Assembly: GCF_041248615.1 (NCBI RefSeq) | Contig: NZ_CP158426.1 | DNA length: 64,000 nt | Reading direction: 5' to 3' (one strand) | Origin: Escherichia coli | GTDB lineage: Bacteria; Pseudomonadota; Gammaproteobacteria; Enterobacterales; Enterobacteriaceae | Part shown: positions 41,125-51,579 of the stretch, one piece after another | Layout of the letters: every line of letters begins with the position of its first letter | Position numbering within the stretch: position 1 is the stretch's first letter | Notes under the pieces: generated by a model | Told to the model about the DNA's origin: nothing | Seen by the model: the letters and a program-made list of their open reading frames with translations, nothing else | Database searches by the model: none | Translations under genes and position numbers: made by a program

Positions 41125-41976
41125 ATGGGTAAGTTAGCGTTAGCCGCCAAAATCACGCACGTACCGTCGATGTATCTCTCTGAACTGCCAGGGAAAAACC
41201 ACGGTTGCCGCCAGGGTGCGATCGACGGGCATAAAGAGATCAGCAAGCGTTGCCGGGAAATGGGCGTCGATACCATTATCGTTTTCGATACTCACTGGCT
41301 GGTCAACAGTGCTTATCACATCAACTGTGCAGACCATTTTGAAGGCGTCTACACCAGTAACGAGCTGCCGCATTTTATTCGTGACATGACCTACAACTAC
41401 GAGGGCAACCCGGAGTTGGGGCAGCTTATTGCCGATGAAGCGTTAAAACTCGGCGTGCGGGCAAAAGCGCACAATATTCCCAGCCTGAAACTGGAATACG
41501 GCACGCTGGTGCCAATGCGCTACATGAATGAAGACAAGCACTTCAAAGTGGTCTCCATTTCGGCTTTCTGCACGGTTCACGATTTTGCCGACAGCCGCAA
41601 GCTTGGCGAAGCGATTTTGAAAGCAATCGAACAGTACGACGGCACCGTGGCGGTCCTTGCCAGCGGTTCGTTATCGCACCGCTTTATTGACGATCAGCGT
41701 GCAGAAGAAGGGATGAACAGCTACACCCGCGAGTTCGACCGCCAGATGGACGAGCGCGTGGTGAAGCTGTGGCGCGAAGGCCAGTTCAAAGAGTTCTGCA
41801 ATATGCTGCCGGAGTACGCCGACTACTGCTACGGCGAAGGCAATATGCACGACACGGTGATGCTGCTGGGGATGCTCGGCTGGGATAAATACGACGGCAA
41901 GGTGGAGTTTATTACCGAGCTGTTCCCAAGCTCTGGCACCGGTCAGGTTAACGCTGTTTTCCCGCTTCCCGCGTAA
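41125..41976 (+). CDS. hpaD: homoprotocatechuate 2,3-dioxygenase HpaD
   Basis: 283 aa extradiol dioxygenase in conserved hpa order. Confidence 0.9.
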   Translation: MGKLALAAKITHVPSMYLSELPGKNHGCRQGAIDGHKEISKRCREMGVDTIIVFDTHWLVNSAYHINCADHFEGVYTSNELPHFIRDMTYNYEGNPELGQLIADEALKLGVRAKAHNIPSLKLEYGTLVPMRYMNEDKHFKVVSISAFCTVHDFADSRKLGEAILKAIEQYDGTVAVLASGSLSHRFIDDQRAEEGMNSYTREFDRQMDERVVKLWREGQFKEFCNMLPEYADYCYGEGNMHDTVMLLGMLGWDKYDGKVEFITELFPSSGTGQVNAVFPLPA

Positions 41977-41985
41977 GGAACCACC

Positions 41986-42366
41986 ATGCCGCACTTTATC
42001 GTGGAATGTACTGAAAATATTCGTCAAGAAGCCCGCTTACCTGAGCTGTTTGCCAGTGTTAACACCGCACTGGCGGCGACGGGGATTTTTCCGCTTGGGG
42101 GAATACGTAGCCGGGCGCACTGGATCGATACCTGGCAAATGGCTGATGGCAAGCACGATTACGCCTTTGTGCATATGACGCTAAAAATCGGCAGCGGGCG
42201 CAGTCTGGAAAGCCGTCAGGAAGTAGGCGAAATGCTGTTTGATCTGATTAAAACGCACTTCGCCTCACTGATGGAGAGCCGTTACCTGGCGCTTTCATTT
42301 GAGATTGCAGAGCTGCACCCGACGTTGAATTTCAAACAGAACAACGTACACGCGTTGTTTAAATAA
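41986..42366 (+). CDS. hpaF: 5-carboxymethyl-2-hydroxymuconate isomerase HpaF
   Basis: 126 aa, [12 protein letters not shown]... CHMI family. Confidence 0.9.
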   Translation: MPHFIVECTENIRQEARLPELFASVNTALAATGIFPLGGIRSRAHWIDTWQMADGKHDYAFVHMTLKIGSGRSLESRQEVGEMLFDLIKTHFASLMESRYLALSFEIAELHPTLNFKQNNVHALFK

Positions 42367-42433
42367 ATTTGTACCAGCTTCCAGGCCGGATGATAAGGCG
42401 CAGCCGCATCCGGCAATGCCACAGGATATCGCC

Positions 42434-43237
42434 ATGTTCGATAAACACACCCACACCCTGATCGCCCAGCGTCTGGATCAGGCAGAAAAACAGCGCGAAC
42501 AGATCCGCGCGATCTCGCTGGATTACCCGGAGATCACCATCGAAGACGCCTACGCCGTACAGCGCGAATGGGTCCGCCTGAAAATTGCCGAAGGCCGTAC
42601 GCTGAAAGGCCACAAAATCGGCCTGACCTCAAAAGCGATGCAGGCAAGCTCGCAGATCAGCGAACCGGATTACGGCGCACTGCTGGACGACATGTTCTTC
42701 CACGATGGCAGCGATATCCCGACCGATCGCTTTATCGTGCCGCGCATTGAAGTGGAGCTGGCTTTTGTGCTGGCAAAACCGCTGCGTGGGCCAAACTGCA
42801 CGCTGTTCGACGTTTACAACGCCACGGACTACGTGATCCCGGCACTGGAGCTGATCGACGCTCGCTGCCACAACATCGATCCGGAAACCCAGCGCCCGCG
42901 CAAAGTATTCGACACCATTTCCGATAATGCCGCCAACGCCGGAGTGATCCTCGGCGGTCGTCCCATTAAGCCCGATGAGTTGGATCTACGTTGGATCTCC
43001 GCCCTGATGTATCGCAACGGCGTGATTGAAGAAACCGGCGTCGCCGCTGGCGTGCTGAATCACCCGGCAAACGGCGTGGCCTGGCTGGCGAACAAACTCG
43101 CACCGTATGACGTGCAACTGGAAGCCGGGCAAATCATTCTCGGCGGTTCGTTCACCCGCCCGGTTCCGGCGCGTAAGGGCGACACCTTCCACGTCGATTA
43201 CGGCAACATGGGTTCCATTAGCTGCCGCTTTGTTTAA
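42434..43237 (+). CDS. hpaH: 2-oxo-hept-3-ene-1,7-dioate hydratase HpaH (267 aa)
   Basis: hydratase family; start set to ATG 42434. Confidence 0.85.
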   Translation: MFDKHTHTLIAQRLDQAEKQREQIRAISLDYPEITIEDAYAVQREWVRLKIAEGRTLKGHKIGLTSKAMQASSQISEPDYGALLDDMFFHDGSDIPTDRFIVPRIEVELAFVLAKPLRGPNCTLFDVYNATDYVIPALELIDARCHNIDPETQRPRKVFDTISDNAANAGVILGGRPIKPDELDLRWISALMYRNGVIEETGVAAGVLNHPANGVAWLANKLAPYDVQLEAGQIILGGSFTRPVPARKGDTFHVDYGNMGSISCRFV

Positions 43238-43247
43238 GGAGAGAACG

Positions 43248-44036
43248 ATGGAAAACAGTTTTAAAGCGGCGCTGAAAGCAGGCCGTCCGCAGATCGGATT
43301 ATGGCTGGGGCTGAGCAGCAGCTACAGCGCAGAGTTACTGGCCGGAGCAGGATTCGACTGGTTATTGATCGACGGTGAGCACGCGCCGAATAACGTGCAA
43401 ACCGTGCTCACCCAGCTACAGGCGATTGCGCCCTACCCCAGCCAGCCGGTAGTACGTCCGTCGTGGAACGATCCGGTGCAAATCAAACAACTGCTGGACG
43501 TCGGCACACAAACCTTACTGGTGCCGATGGTTCAAAACGCTGACGAAGCCCGTGAAGCGGTACGCGCCACCCGTTATCCCCCCGCCGGTATTCGCGGTGT
43601 GGGCAGTGCGCTGGCCCGCGCCTCGCGCTGGAATCGCATTCCTGATTACCTGCAAAAAGCCAACGATCAAATGTGCGTACTGGTGCAGATCGAAACTCGT
43701 GAGGCAATGAAGAACCTACCGCAGATTCTGGACGTGGAAGGGGTAGACGGCGTGTTTATCGGCCCGGCGGATCTGAGCGCCGATATGGGTTATGCCGGTA
43801 ATCCGCAGCACCCGGAAGTGCAGGCCGCCATTGAACAGGCGATCGTGCAAATCCGTGAAGCGGGCAAAGCTCCGGGGATCCTGATCGCCAATGAGCAACT
43901 GGCAAAACGCTACCTGGAACTGGGCGCGCTATTTGTCGCCGTCGGCGTTGACACCACCCTGCTCGCCCGCGCCGCCGAAGCGCTGGCAGCACGGTTTGGC
44001 GCGCAGGCCACGACCGTTAAGCCCGGCGTGTATTAA
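43248..44036 (+). CDS. hpaI: 2,4-dihydroxyhept-2-ene-1,7-dioate aldolase HpaI (262 aa)
   Basis: [20 protein letters not shown]...; class II aldolase; ORF-track upstream extension rejected. Confidence 0.9.
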   Translation: MENSFKAALKAGRPQIGLWLGLSSSYSAELLAGAGFDWLLIDGEHAPNNVQTVLTQLQAIAPYPSQPVVRPSWNDPVQIKQLLDVGTQTLLVPMVQNADEAREAVRATRYPPAGIRGVGSALARASRWNRIPDYLQKANDQMCVLVQIETREAMKNLPQILDVEGVDGVFIGPADLSADMGYAGNPQHPEVQAAIEQAIVQIREAGKAPGILIANEQLAKRYLELGALFVAVGVDTTLLARAAEALAARFGAQATTVKPGVY

Positions 44037-44043
44037 TGCTGAA

Positions 44044-44108
44044 TGCGCTTATCCGGCTTACAGCAGTACCAAACTGTAGCCGGATAAGGCGTTTACGCCG
44101 CATCCGCC
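44044..44108. repeat. REP/BIME element
   Basis: GCGCTTATCCGGCTTACA ... TGTAGCCGGATAAGGCGTTTACGCCGCATCCG palindromic units. Confidence 0.7.
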
Positions 44109-44153
44109 ATAAATCTTGTCGTACCCTACAAAAATCCCATTAGAGGAAGAAAA

Positions 44154-45530
44154 ATGAGCGACACCTCACCTGCCATACCGGAAAGTATCGATCCGGCAAA
44201 TCAGCATAAAACGCTGACTGCCGGACAACAGGCGGTTATTAAGAAGCTATTTCGCCGCCTGATCGTCTTTCTGTTCGTGCTGTTTATCTTCTCGTTCCTT
44301 GATCGCATCAACATCGGCTTTGCCGGGCTAACGATGGGACGCGACCTCGGTCTGAGCGCCACCATGTTTGGCCTCGCCACCACCCTGTTCTATGCCGCTT
44401 ATGTCATCTTCGGCATTCCCAGCAACATTATGCTGAGTATTGTCGGTGCGCGGCGCTGGATCGCCACCATCATGGTGCTCTGGGGCATCGCCTCTACGGC
44501 CACCATGTTTGCCACTGGCCCCACCAGCTTATACGTACTGCGTATACTGGTTGGCATTACCGAAGCCGGCTTTCTGCCTGGCATTCTGCTGTATTTAACC
44601 TTCTGGTTTCCGGCCTATTTCCGCGCCCGTGCCAACGCCTTGTTTATGGTAGCAATGCCGGTAACGACAGCGCTGGGATCGATCGTTTCCGGCTACATTT
44701 TGTCGCTGGATGGCGTAATGGCATTAAAAGGCTGGCAGTGGCTGTTTTTGCTGGAAGGCTTCCCGTCGGTATTACTCGGCGTCATGGTGTGGTTCTGGCT
44801 TGATGACTCACCGGACAAAGCTAAGTGGCTGACGAAAGAAGACAAAAAATGCCTGCAAGAGATGATGGATAACGATCGTCTGACGCTGGTTCAGCCAGAG
44901 GGAGCCATCAGTCACCACGCCATGCAACAACGCAGCATGTGGCGGGAGATCTTCACTCCGGTGGTGATGATGTATACCCTGGCGTATTTCTGCCTGACCA
45001 ACACACTTAGTGCAATCAGCATCTGGACACCGCAGATCCTACAAAGCTTTAATCAGGGCAGCAGTAATATCACCATCGGCCTGCTGGCCGCCGTACCGCA
45101 GATTTGTACCATTCTCGGGATGATCTACTGGAGCCGTCACTCAGATCGCCGCCAGGAACGAAGGCATCACACCGCCCTTCCTTATTTGTTCGCTGCCGCT
45201 GGTTGGTTACTGGCTTCGGCAACTGATCACAACATGATCCAGATGCTGGGGATCATTATGGCTTCGACCGGATCATTCAGCGCAATGGCGATTTTCTGGA
45301 CAACACCGGATCAGTCCATCAGCCTGCGGGCACGAGCGATCGGTATTGCGGTGATCAACGCCACTGGCAACATTGGTTCAGCGTTAAGTCCGTTTATAAT
45401 CGGCTGGTTGAAAGATCTGACCGGCAGCTTTAACAGTGGATTGTGGTTTGTTGCCGCGCTGCTGGTGATTGGTGCGGGGATTATCTGGGCAATTCCAATG
45501 CAGTCCTCCCGTCCGCGAGCGACCCCGTAA
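44154..45530 (+). CDS. hpaX: MFS 4-hydroxyphenylacetate permease HpaX
   Basis: 458 aa, 12-TM MFS in the hpa cluster. Confidence 0.9.
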   Translation: MSDTSPAIPESIDPANQHKTLTAGQQAVIKKLFRRLIVFLFVLFIFSFLDRINIGFAGLTMGRDLGLSATMFGLATTLFYAAYVIFGIPSNIMLSIVGARRWIATIMVLWGIASTATMFATGPTSLYVLRILVGITEAGFLPGILLYLTFWFPAYFRARANALFMVAMPVTTALGSIVSGYILSLDGVMALKGWQWLFLLEGFPSVLLGVMVWFWLDDSPDKAKWLTKEDKKCLQEMMDNDRLTLVQPEGAISHHAMQQRSMWREIFTPVVMMYTLAYFCLTNTLSAISIWTPQILQSFNQGSSNITIGLLAAVPQICTILGMIYWSRHSDRRQERRHHTALPYLFAAAGWLLASATDHNMIQMLGIIMASTGSFSAMAIFWTTPDQSISLRARAIGIAVINATGNIGSALSPFIIGWLKDLTGSFNSGLWFVAALLVIGAGIIWAIPMQSSRPRATP

Positions 45531-45539
45531 GGAACGACG

Positions 45540-46430
45540 ATGTGTGACCGTCAGATTGCCAATATTGATATCAGCAAAGAGTACGATGAAAGCCTGGGCA
45601 CGGACGATGTGCATTATCAGTCCTTCGCCCGCATGGCGGCATTTTTTGGCCGCCATATGCTGCCACATCGCCACGAACAGTACTTTCAGATGCATTTCCT
45701 CAATAGCGGACAGATTGAGCTACAGCTTGACGATCATCGCTACTCGGTGGAAGCGCCCCTGTTTGTCCTGACGCCGCCGTCAGTACCTCATGCGTTTATT
45801 ACGGAGTCTGACGCCGACGGTCATGTGTTGACGGTACGGGAAGATCTGATCTGGCCCCTGCTGGAAGTTCTTTATCCGGGCACTCGGGAAACCTTCGGCC
45901 TGCCGGGGATTTGCCTGTCACTGGCAGATAAACCCGACGAACTGGCAGCGCTGGAACACTATTGGCAACTGATAGAGCGGGAATCGGTGGAACAACTGCC
46001 TGGACGGGAACACACCCTGACGTTACTGGCACAGGCAGTATTCACCCTACTGCTGCGTAACGCAAAACTCGACGACCATGCCGCCAGCGGGATGCGCGGA
46101 GAATTAAAACTGTTCCAGCGTTTTAATATGCTGATTGAAAGCCATTTTCATCAGCACTGGACAGTACCGGATTACGCTAACGAACTGCATATCACCGAAT
46201 CACGTCTCACGGACATCTGCCGCCGCTTTGCCAACCGTCCGCCAAAACGGTTGATTTTCGACAGGCAGCTGCGAGAAGCCAAGCGGCTGCTGCTGTTTTC
46301 TGATAACGCCGTGAACAATATTGCCTGGCAACTCGGTTTTAAGGATCCGGCTTATTTTGCGCGCTTTTTTAATCGTTTAGTCGGTTGCTCGCCCAGTGCT
46401 TATCGTGCCAAAAAAGTACCTGTGACGTGA
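45540..46430 (+). CDS. hpaA: AraC-family activator HpaA
   Basis: 296 aa with C-terminal AraC HTH. Confidence 0.9.
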   Translation: MCDRQIANIDISKEYDESLGTDDVHYQSFARMAAFFGRHMLPHRHEQYFQMHFLNSGQIELQLDDHRYSVEAPLFVLTPPSVPHAFITESDADGHVLTVREDLIWPLLEVLYPGTRETFGLPGICLSLADKPDELAALEHYWQLIERESVEQLPGREHTLTLLAQAVFTLLLRNAKLDDHAASGMRGELKLFQRFNMLIESHFHQHWTVPDYANELHITESRLTDICRRFANRPPKRLIFDRQLREAKRLLLFSDNAVNNIAWQLGFKDPAYFARFFNRLVGCSPSAYRAKKVPVT

Positions 46431-46680
46431 AAATCCCTTAGCCTTAACGGGAAACCAGGCACCACCTGCTATTCCCCTTTCTCCGCCTGGAGCAAGGGGA
46501 TTTAGTAACGTCAAAAATCGCTAAAAGCGACCTCGATCACAAAACCGTACCCGACCTGAAAAGTACCAGCCATTGTCCCAAAAGTGTCTTCCCGTAATCG
46601 CCCCTGCAAGCTTCAATTGAATAACAAAAACAACACACAAAATTAACAATCGTATTCCGATTAATACTGTAGAGGTCGAC

Positions 46681-48243
46681 ATGAAACCAGAAGATTTCCG
46701 CGCCAGTACCCAACGTCCGTTCACCGGGGAAGAGTATCTGAAAAGCCTGCAGGATGGTCGCGAGATCTATATCTACGGCGAGCGAGTGAAAGACGTCACC
46801 ACTCATCCGGCATTTCGTAATGCGGCAGCGTCTGTTGCCCAACTGTACGACGCGCTGCACAAACCGGAGATGCAGGACTCTCTGTGTTGGAATACCGACA
46901 CCGGCAGTGGCGGCTATACCCATAAATTCTTCCGCGTGGCGAAAAGTGCCGACGACCTGCGCCAGCAACGCGATGCCATCGCTGAATGGTCACGCCTGAG
47001 CTATGGCTGGATGGGCCGTACCCCAGACTACAAAGCCGCTTTCGGTTGCGCACTGGGCGCGAATCCGGGCTTTTACGGTCAGTTCGAGCAGAACGCCCGT
47101 AACTGGTACACCCGTATTCAGGAAACTGGCCTCTACTTTAACCACGCGATTGTTAACCCACCGATCGATCGTCATTTGCCGACCGATAAAGTGAAAGACG
47201 TTTACATCAAGCTGGAAAAAGAGACTGACGCCGGGATTATCGTCAGCGGTGCGAAAGTGGTTGCCACCAACTCGGCGCTGACTCACTACAACATGATTGG
47301 CTTCGGCTCGGCACAAGTGATGGGCGAAAACCCGGACTTCGCACTGATGTTCGTTGCGCCAATGGATGCCGATGGCGTGAAATTAATCTCCCGCGCCTCT
47401 TATGAGATGGTCGCGGGTGCTACCGGCTCGCCGTACGACTACCCGCTCTCCAGCCGCTTCGATGAGAACGATGCGATTCTGGTGATGGATAACGTGCTGA
47501 TCCCATGGGAAAACGTGCTGATCTACCGCGATTTTGATCGCTGCCGTCGCTGGACGATGGAAGGCGGTTTCGCCCGTATGTATCCGCTGCAAGCCTGTGT
47601 GCGCCTGGCAGTGAAACTCGACTTCATTACGGCACTGCTGAAAAAATCACTCGAATGTACCGGCACCCTGGAGTTCCGTGGTGTGCAGGCCGATCTCGGT
47701 GAAGTGGTGGCGTGGCGCAACACCTTCTGGGCATTGAGTGACTCGATGTGTTCAGAAGCGACGCCGTGGGTCAACGGGGCTTATTTACCGGATCATGCCG
47801 CACTGCAAACCTATCGCGTACTGGCACCAATGGCCTATGCGAAGATCAAAAACATTATCGAACGCAACGTTACCAGTGGCCTGATCTATCTCCCTTCCAG
47901 TGCCCGTGACCTGAACAATCCGCAGATCGACCAGTATCTGGCGAAGTATGTGCGCGGTTCGAATGGTATGGATCACGTCCAGCGCATCAAGATCCTCAAA
48001 CTGATGTGGGACGCCATTGGCAGCGAGTTTGGTGGTCGTCACGAACTGTATGAAATCAACTACTCCGGTAGCCAGGATGAGATTCGCCTGCAATGTCTGC
48101 GCCAGGCACAAAGCTCCGGCAATATGGACAAGATGATGGCGATGGTTGATCGCTGCCTGTCGGAATACGACCAGAACGGCTGGACTGTGCCACACCTGCA
48201 CAACAACGACGATATCAACATGCTGGATAAGCTGCTGAAATAA
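46681..48243 (+). CDS. hpaB: 4-hydroxyphenylacetate 3-monooxygenase oxygenase component HpaB
   Basis: 520 aa two-component flavin-dependent monooxygenase. Confidence 0.95.
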   Translation: MKPEDFRASTQRPFTGEEYLKSLQDGREIYIYGERVKDVTTHPAFRNAAASVAQLYDALHKPEMQDSLCWNTDTGSGGYTHKFFRVAKSADDLRQQRDAIAEWSRLSYGWMGRTPDYKAAFGCALGANPGFYGQFEQNARNWYTRIQETGLYFNHAIVNPPIDRHLPTDKVKDVYIKLEKETDAGIIVSGAKVVATNSALTHYNMIGFGSAQVMGENPDFALMFVAPMDADGVKLISRASYEMVAGATGSPYDYPLSSRFDENDAILVMDNVLIPWENVLIYRDFDRCRRWTMEGGFARMYPLQACVRLAVKLDFITALLKKSLECTGTLEFRGVQADLGEVVAWRNTFWALSDSMCSEATPWVNGAYLPDHAALQTYRVLAPMAYAKIKNIIERNVTSGLIYLPSSARDLNNPQIDQYLAKYVRGSNGMDHVQRIKILKLMWDAIGSEFGGRHELYEINYSGSQDEIRLQCLRQAQSSGNMDKMMAMVDRCLSEYDQNGWTVPHLHNNDDINMLDKLLK

Positions 48244-48260
48244 CGCAGCAGGAGGTTAAG

Positions 48261-48773
48261 ATGCAATTAGATGAACAACGCCAGCGCTTTCGTGACGCAA
48301 TGGCCAGCCTGTCGGCAGCGGTAAATATTATCACCACCGAGGGCGACGCCGGACAATGCGGGATTACGGCAACGGCTGTCTGCTCGGTCACGGACACACC
48401 ACCGTCGCTGATGGTGTGCATTAACGCCAACAGTGCGATGAACCCGGTTTTTCAGGGCAACGGCAAGTTGTGCGTCAACGTCCTCAACCATGAGCAGGAA
48501 CTGATGGCACGCCACTTCGCGGGCATGACAGGCATGGCGATGGAAGAGCGTTTTAGCCTCTCATGCTGGCAAAAAGGTCCGCTGGCGCAGCCGGTGCTAA
48601 AAGGTTCGCTGGCCAGTCTTGAAGGTGAGATCCGCGATGTGCAGGCAATTGGCACACATCTGGTGTATCTGGTGGAGATTAAAAACATCATCCTCAGTGC
48701 AGAAGGTCACGGACTTATCTACTTTAAACGCCGTTTCCATCCGGTGATGCTGGAAATGGAAGCTGCGATTTAA
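48261..48773 (+). CDS. hpaC: NAD(P)H-flavin reductase HpaC
   Basis: 170 aa flavin reductase following hpaB. Confidence 0.95.
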   Translation: MQLDEQRQRFRDAMASLSAAVNIITTEGDAGQCGITATAVCSVTDTPPSLMVCINANSAMNPVFQGNGKLCVNVLNHEQELMARHFAGMTGMAMEERFSLSCWQKGPLAQPVLKGSLASLEGEIRDVQAIGTHLVYLVEIKNIILSAEGHGLIYFKRRFHPVMLEMEAAI

Positions 48774-48779
48774 GCTCCA

Positions 48780-48815
48780 GCCCCTTCACGCATTCGTCGA
48801 AGGGGCATTTTTATT
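48780..48815 (+). terminator. intrinsic terminator after hpaC
   Basis: GCCCCTTC (48780..48787) pairs with GAAGGGGC (48799..48806), then ATTTTTATT. Confidence 0.6.
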
Positions 48816-49165
48816 GTGATCTCAATCACATATCCACCCGATGAATAATTCTTGCCCAACCGCTCACCGCCATTCCTGACCGCTTACATCCCTAAAATAA
48901 CCACTCAGTTATTTACCTTACTTTACGCGCGCGTAACTCTGGCAACATCACTGCAGGATAGCGGTCAATTTACCTCCTCAAACGCAACGCAAACCTAGAA
49001 CGGCTTCGGCCTATGATTAACAAATTACTCTATGGATTTTGGTTTGCAGGAAGGCAGCAAGTGAGTGAATCCCCGGGAGCTTACAACAGTAAGTGACAGG
49101 GGTGAACGAACGCAGCTGCCGCACCTGTAAGCCAAAAGACGACGAGTAAAATGCCAGGTTTTACT

Positions 49166-51316
49166 ATGGATACGAAAAAACTATTCAAGCACATACCCTG
49201 GGTGATTCTCGGAATCATCGGTGCATTCTGCCTCGCGGTAGTTGCATTACGTCGGGGGGAGCACGTCAGCGCCCTGTGGATCGTGGTCGCCTCTGTGTCG
49301 GTGTATCTGGTGGCTTATCGCTACTACAGTCTGTACATCGCCCAGAAGGTAATGAAACTCGACCCCACGCGCGCGACGCCTGCGGTTATTAACAACGACG
49401 GTCTGAACTACGTTCCGACCAACCGTTACGTGTTGTTTGGTCACCACTTCGCCGCTATCGCCGGTGCTGGTCCGCTGGTTGGTCCGGTTCTCGCCGCGCA
49501 GATGGGCTACCTGCCTGGCACGCTGTGGCTGCTGGCGGGGGTCGTGCTGGCCGGTGCAGTACAGGACTTTATGGTGCTGTTTATCTCCTCTCGCCGTAAC
49601 GGCGCATCTCTCGGTGAGATGATCAAAGAAGAGATGGGACCAGTACCGGGGACTATCGCGCTGTTTGGCTGTTTCTTAATCATGATCATCATCCTCGCCG
49701 TTCTGGCGCTGATTGTGGTTAAAGCCCTGGCCGAAAGTCCGTGGGGTGTCTTCACCGTTTGCTCAACCGTACCGATTGCGCTGTTTATGGGTATCTACAT
49801 GCGCTTTATCCGTCCGGGGCGTGTGGGTGAAGTTTCTGTCATTGGTATCGTGCTGCTGGTTGCCTCTATCTACTTCGGTGGCGTGATTGCACACGATCCG
49901 TACTGGGGTCCGGCACTGACCTTTAAAGACACCACCATTACCTTCGCGCTGATTGGCTATGCGTTTGTTTCCGCACTGCTGCCAGTGTGGCTAATCCTCG
50001 CACCGCGCGACTATCTGGCAACCTTCCTGAAAATCGGTGTTATCGTCGGCCTGGCGCTGGGTATCGTGGTGCTGAACCCGGAACTGAAAATGCCTGCGAT
50101 GACTCAGTACATTGACGGTACTGGCCCGCTGTGGAAAGGCGCTCTGTTCCCGTTCCTGTTCATCACCATCGCCTGTGGTGCGGTATCTGGCTTCCACGCG
50201 CTGATCTCTTCCGGTACGACGCCGAAACTGCTGGCTAACGAAACCGACGCGCGTTTCATTGGCTACGGCGCAATGCTGATGGAGTCCTTCGTGGCGATTA
50301 TGGCGCTGGTTGCTGCGTCCATCATCGAACCGGGTCTTTACTTCGCGATGAATACCCCGCCTGCTGGCCTTGGCATCACCATGCCTAACCTGCATGAAAT
50401 GGGTGGCGAGAACGCGCCGATCATCATGGCGCAGCTGAAAGACGTTACCGCACACGCGGCAGCGACCGTCAGCTCCTGGGGCTTCGTGATTTCGCCAGAG
50501 CAGATCCTGCAAACCGCGAAAGACATTGGTGAGCCTTCTGTCCTGAACCGTGCAGGTGGTGCGCCAACGCTGGCGGTAGGTATCGCTCACGTGTTCCACA
50601 AAGTGCTGCCGATGGCTGACATGGGCTTCTGGTATCACTTCGGTATTCTGTTCGAAGCCCTGTTCATCCTGACCGCGCTGGATGCGGGTACCCGTTCTGG
50701 CCGCTTTATGCTGCAAGACCTGCTGGGTAACTTCATCCCGTTCCTGAAAAAAACCGACTCTCTGGTTGCCGGTATCATCGGTACTGCGGGCTGTGTGGGT
50801 CTGTGGGGCTACCTGCTGTATCAGGGCGTGGTCGATCCGCTGGGCGGCGTTAAGAGCCTGTGGCCGCTGTTCGGTATCTCCAACCAGATGCTGGCAGCCG
50901 TGGCGCTGGTACTGGGTACCGTTGTGCTGATTAAGATGAAGCGCACCCAATACATCTGGGTAACTGTTGTTCCGGCTGTATGGCTGCTTATCTGCACTAC
51001 CTGGGCGCTGGGCCTGAAACTGTTCAGCACCAACCCGCAGATGGAAGGCTTCTTCTACATGGCAAGCCAGTACAAAGAGAAGATTGCTAACGGTACTGAC
51101 CTGACGGCGCAGCAGATTGCCAACATGAACCACATCGTTGTGAACAACTACACCAACGCAGGCCTGAGTATTCTGTTCCTGATTGTGGTGTACAGCATCA
51201 TCTTCTACGGTTTCAAAACCTGGCTGAAGGTGCGTAACAGCGACAAACGTACTGACAAAGAAACACCGTACGTTCCAATCCCGGAAGGCGGCGTGAAGAT
51301 CTCTTCGCACCACTAA
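49166..51316 (+). CDS. btsT: pyruvate/H+ symporter BtsT (YjiY), CstA family (716 aa)
   Basis: MDTKKLFKHIPWVILGIIG...; polytopic CstA-family transporter. Confidence 0.95.
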   Translation: MDTKKLFKHIPWVILGIIGAFCLAVVALRRGEHVSALWIVVASVSVYLVAYRYYSLYIAQKVMKLDPTRATPAVINNDGLNYVPTNRYVLFGHHFAAIAGAGPLVGPVLAAQMGYLPGTLWLLAGVVLAGAVQDFMVLFISSRRNGASLGEMIKEEMGPVPGTIALFGCFLIMIIILAVLALIVVKALAESPWGVFTVCSTVPIALFMGIYMRFIRPGRVGEVSVIGIVLLVASIYFGGVIAHDPYWGPALTFKDTTITFALIGYAFVSALLPVWLILAPRDYLATFLKIGVIVGLALGIVVLNPELKMPAMTQYIDGTGPLWKGALFPFLFITIACGAVSGFHALISSGTTPKLLANETDARFIGYGAMLMESFVAIMALVAASIIEPGLYFAMNTPPAGLGITMPNLHEMGGENAPIIMAQLKDVTAHAAATVSSWGFVISPEQILQTAKDIGEPSVLNRAGGAPTLAVGIAHVFHKVLPMADMGFWYHFGILFEALFILTALDAGTRSGRFMLQDLLGNFIPFLKKTDSLVAGIIGTAGCVGLWGYLLYQGVVDPLGGVKSLWPLFGISNQMLAAVALVLGTVVLIKMKRTQYIWVTVVPAVWLLICTTWALGLKLFSTNPQMEGFFYMASQYKEKIANGTDLTAQQIANMNHIVVNNYTNAGLSILFLIVVYSIIFYGFKTWLKVRNSDKRTDKETPYVPIPEGGVKISSHH

Positions 51317-51324
51317 CCGTGTTT

Positions 51325-51353
51325 AGCCCCGCTTCGGCGGGGCTTTGTTCTTA
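51325..51353 (+). terminator. intrinsic terminator after btsT
   Basis: AGCCCCGC-TTCG-GCGGGGCT hairpin followed by TTGTTCTT. Confidence 0.6.
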
Positions 51354-51365
51354 TCAGAGTGAACT

Positions 51366-51569
51366 ATGTTTGGTAACTTAGGACAGGCAAAAAAATATCT
51401 CGGCCAGGCGGCGAAGATGTTGATTGGCATTCCAGACTACGACAACTACGTCGAGCATATGAAGACCAACCATCCCGACAAGCCGTACATGAGCTATGAA
51501 GAATTCTTCCGCGAACGCCAGAACGCGCGCTACGGCGGCGATGGTAAAGGCGGTATGCGCTGTTGTTAA
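51366..51569 (+). CDS. yjiX: YjiX (DUF466 small protein)
   Basis: 67 aa matching recalled K-12 YjiX. Confidence 0.9.
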
Positions 51570-51579
51570 TGGAGAGAGC

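Noticed and set aside
43107-43247. Upstream extension of hpaI, and similarly 51496..51579 for yjiA
   Set aside because: Extensions overlap the preceding genes; the starts at 43248 and 51580 give the expected protein N-termini.
49991-51313. 440-aa ORF antisense to btsT
   Set aside because: Lies entirely within the well-supported btsT gene on the opposite strand; Arg/His-rich composition typical of antisense frames in GC-rich genes.
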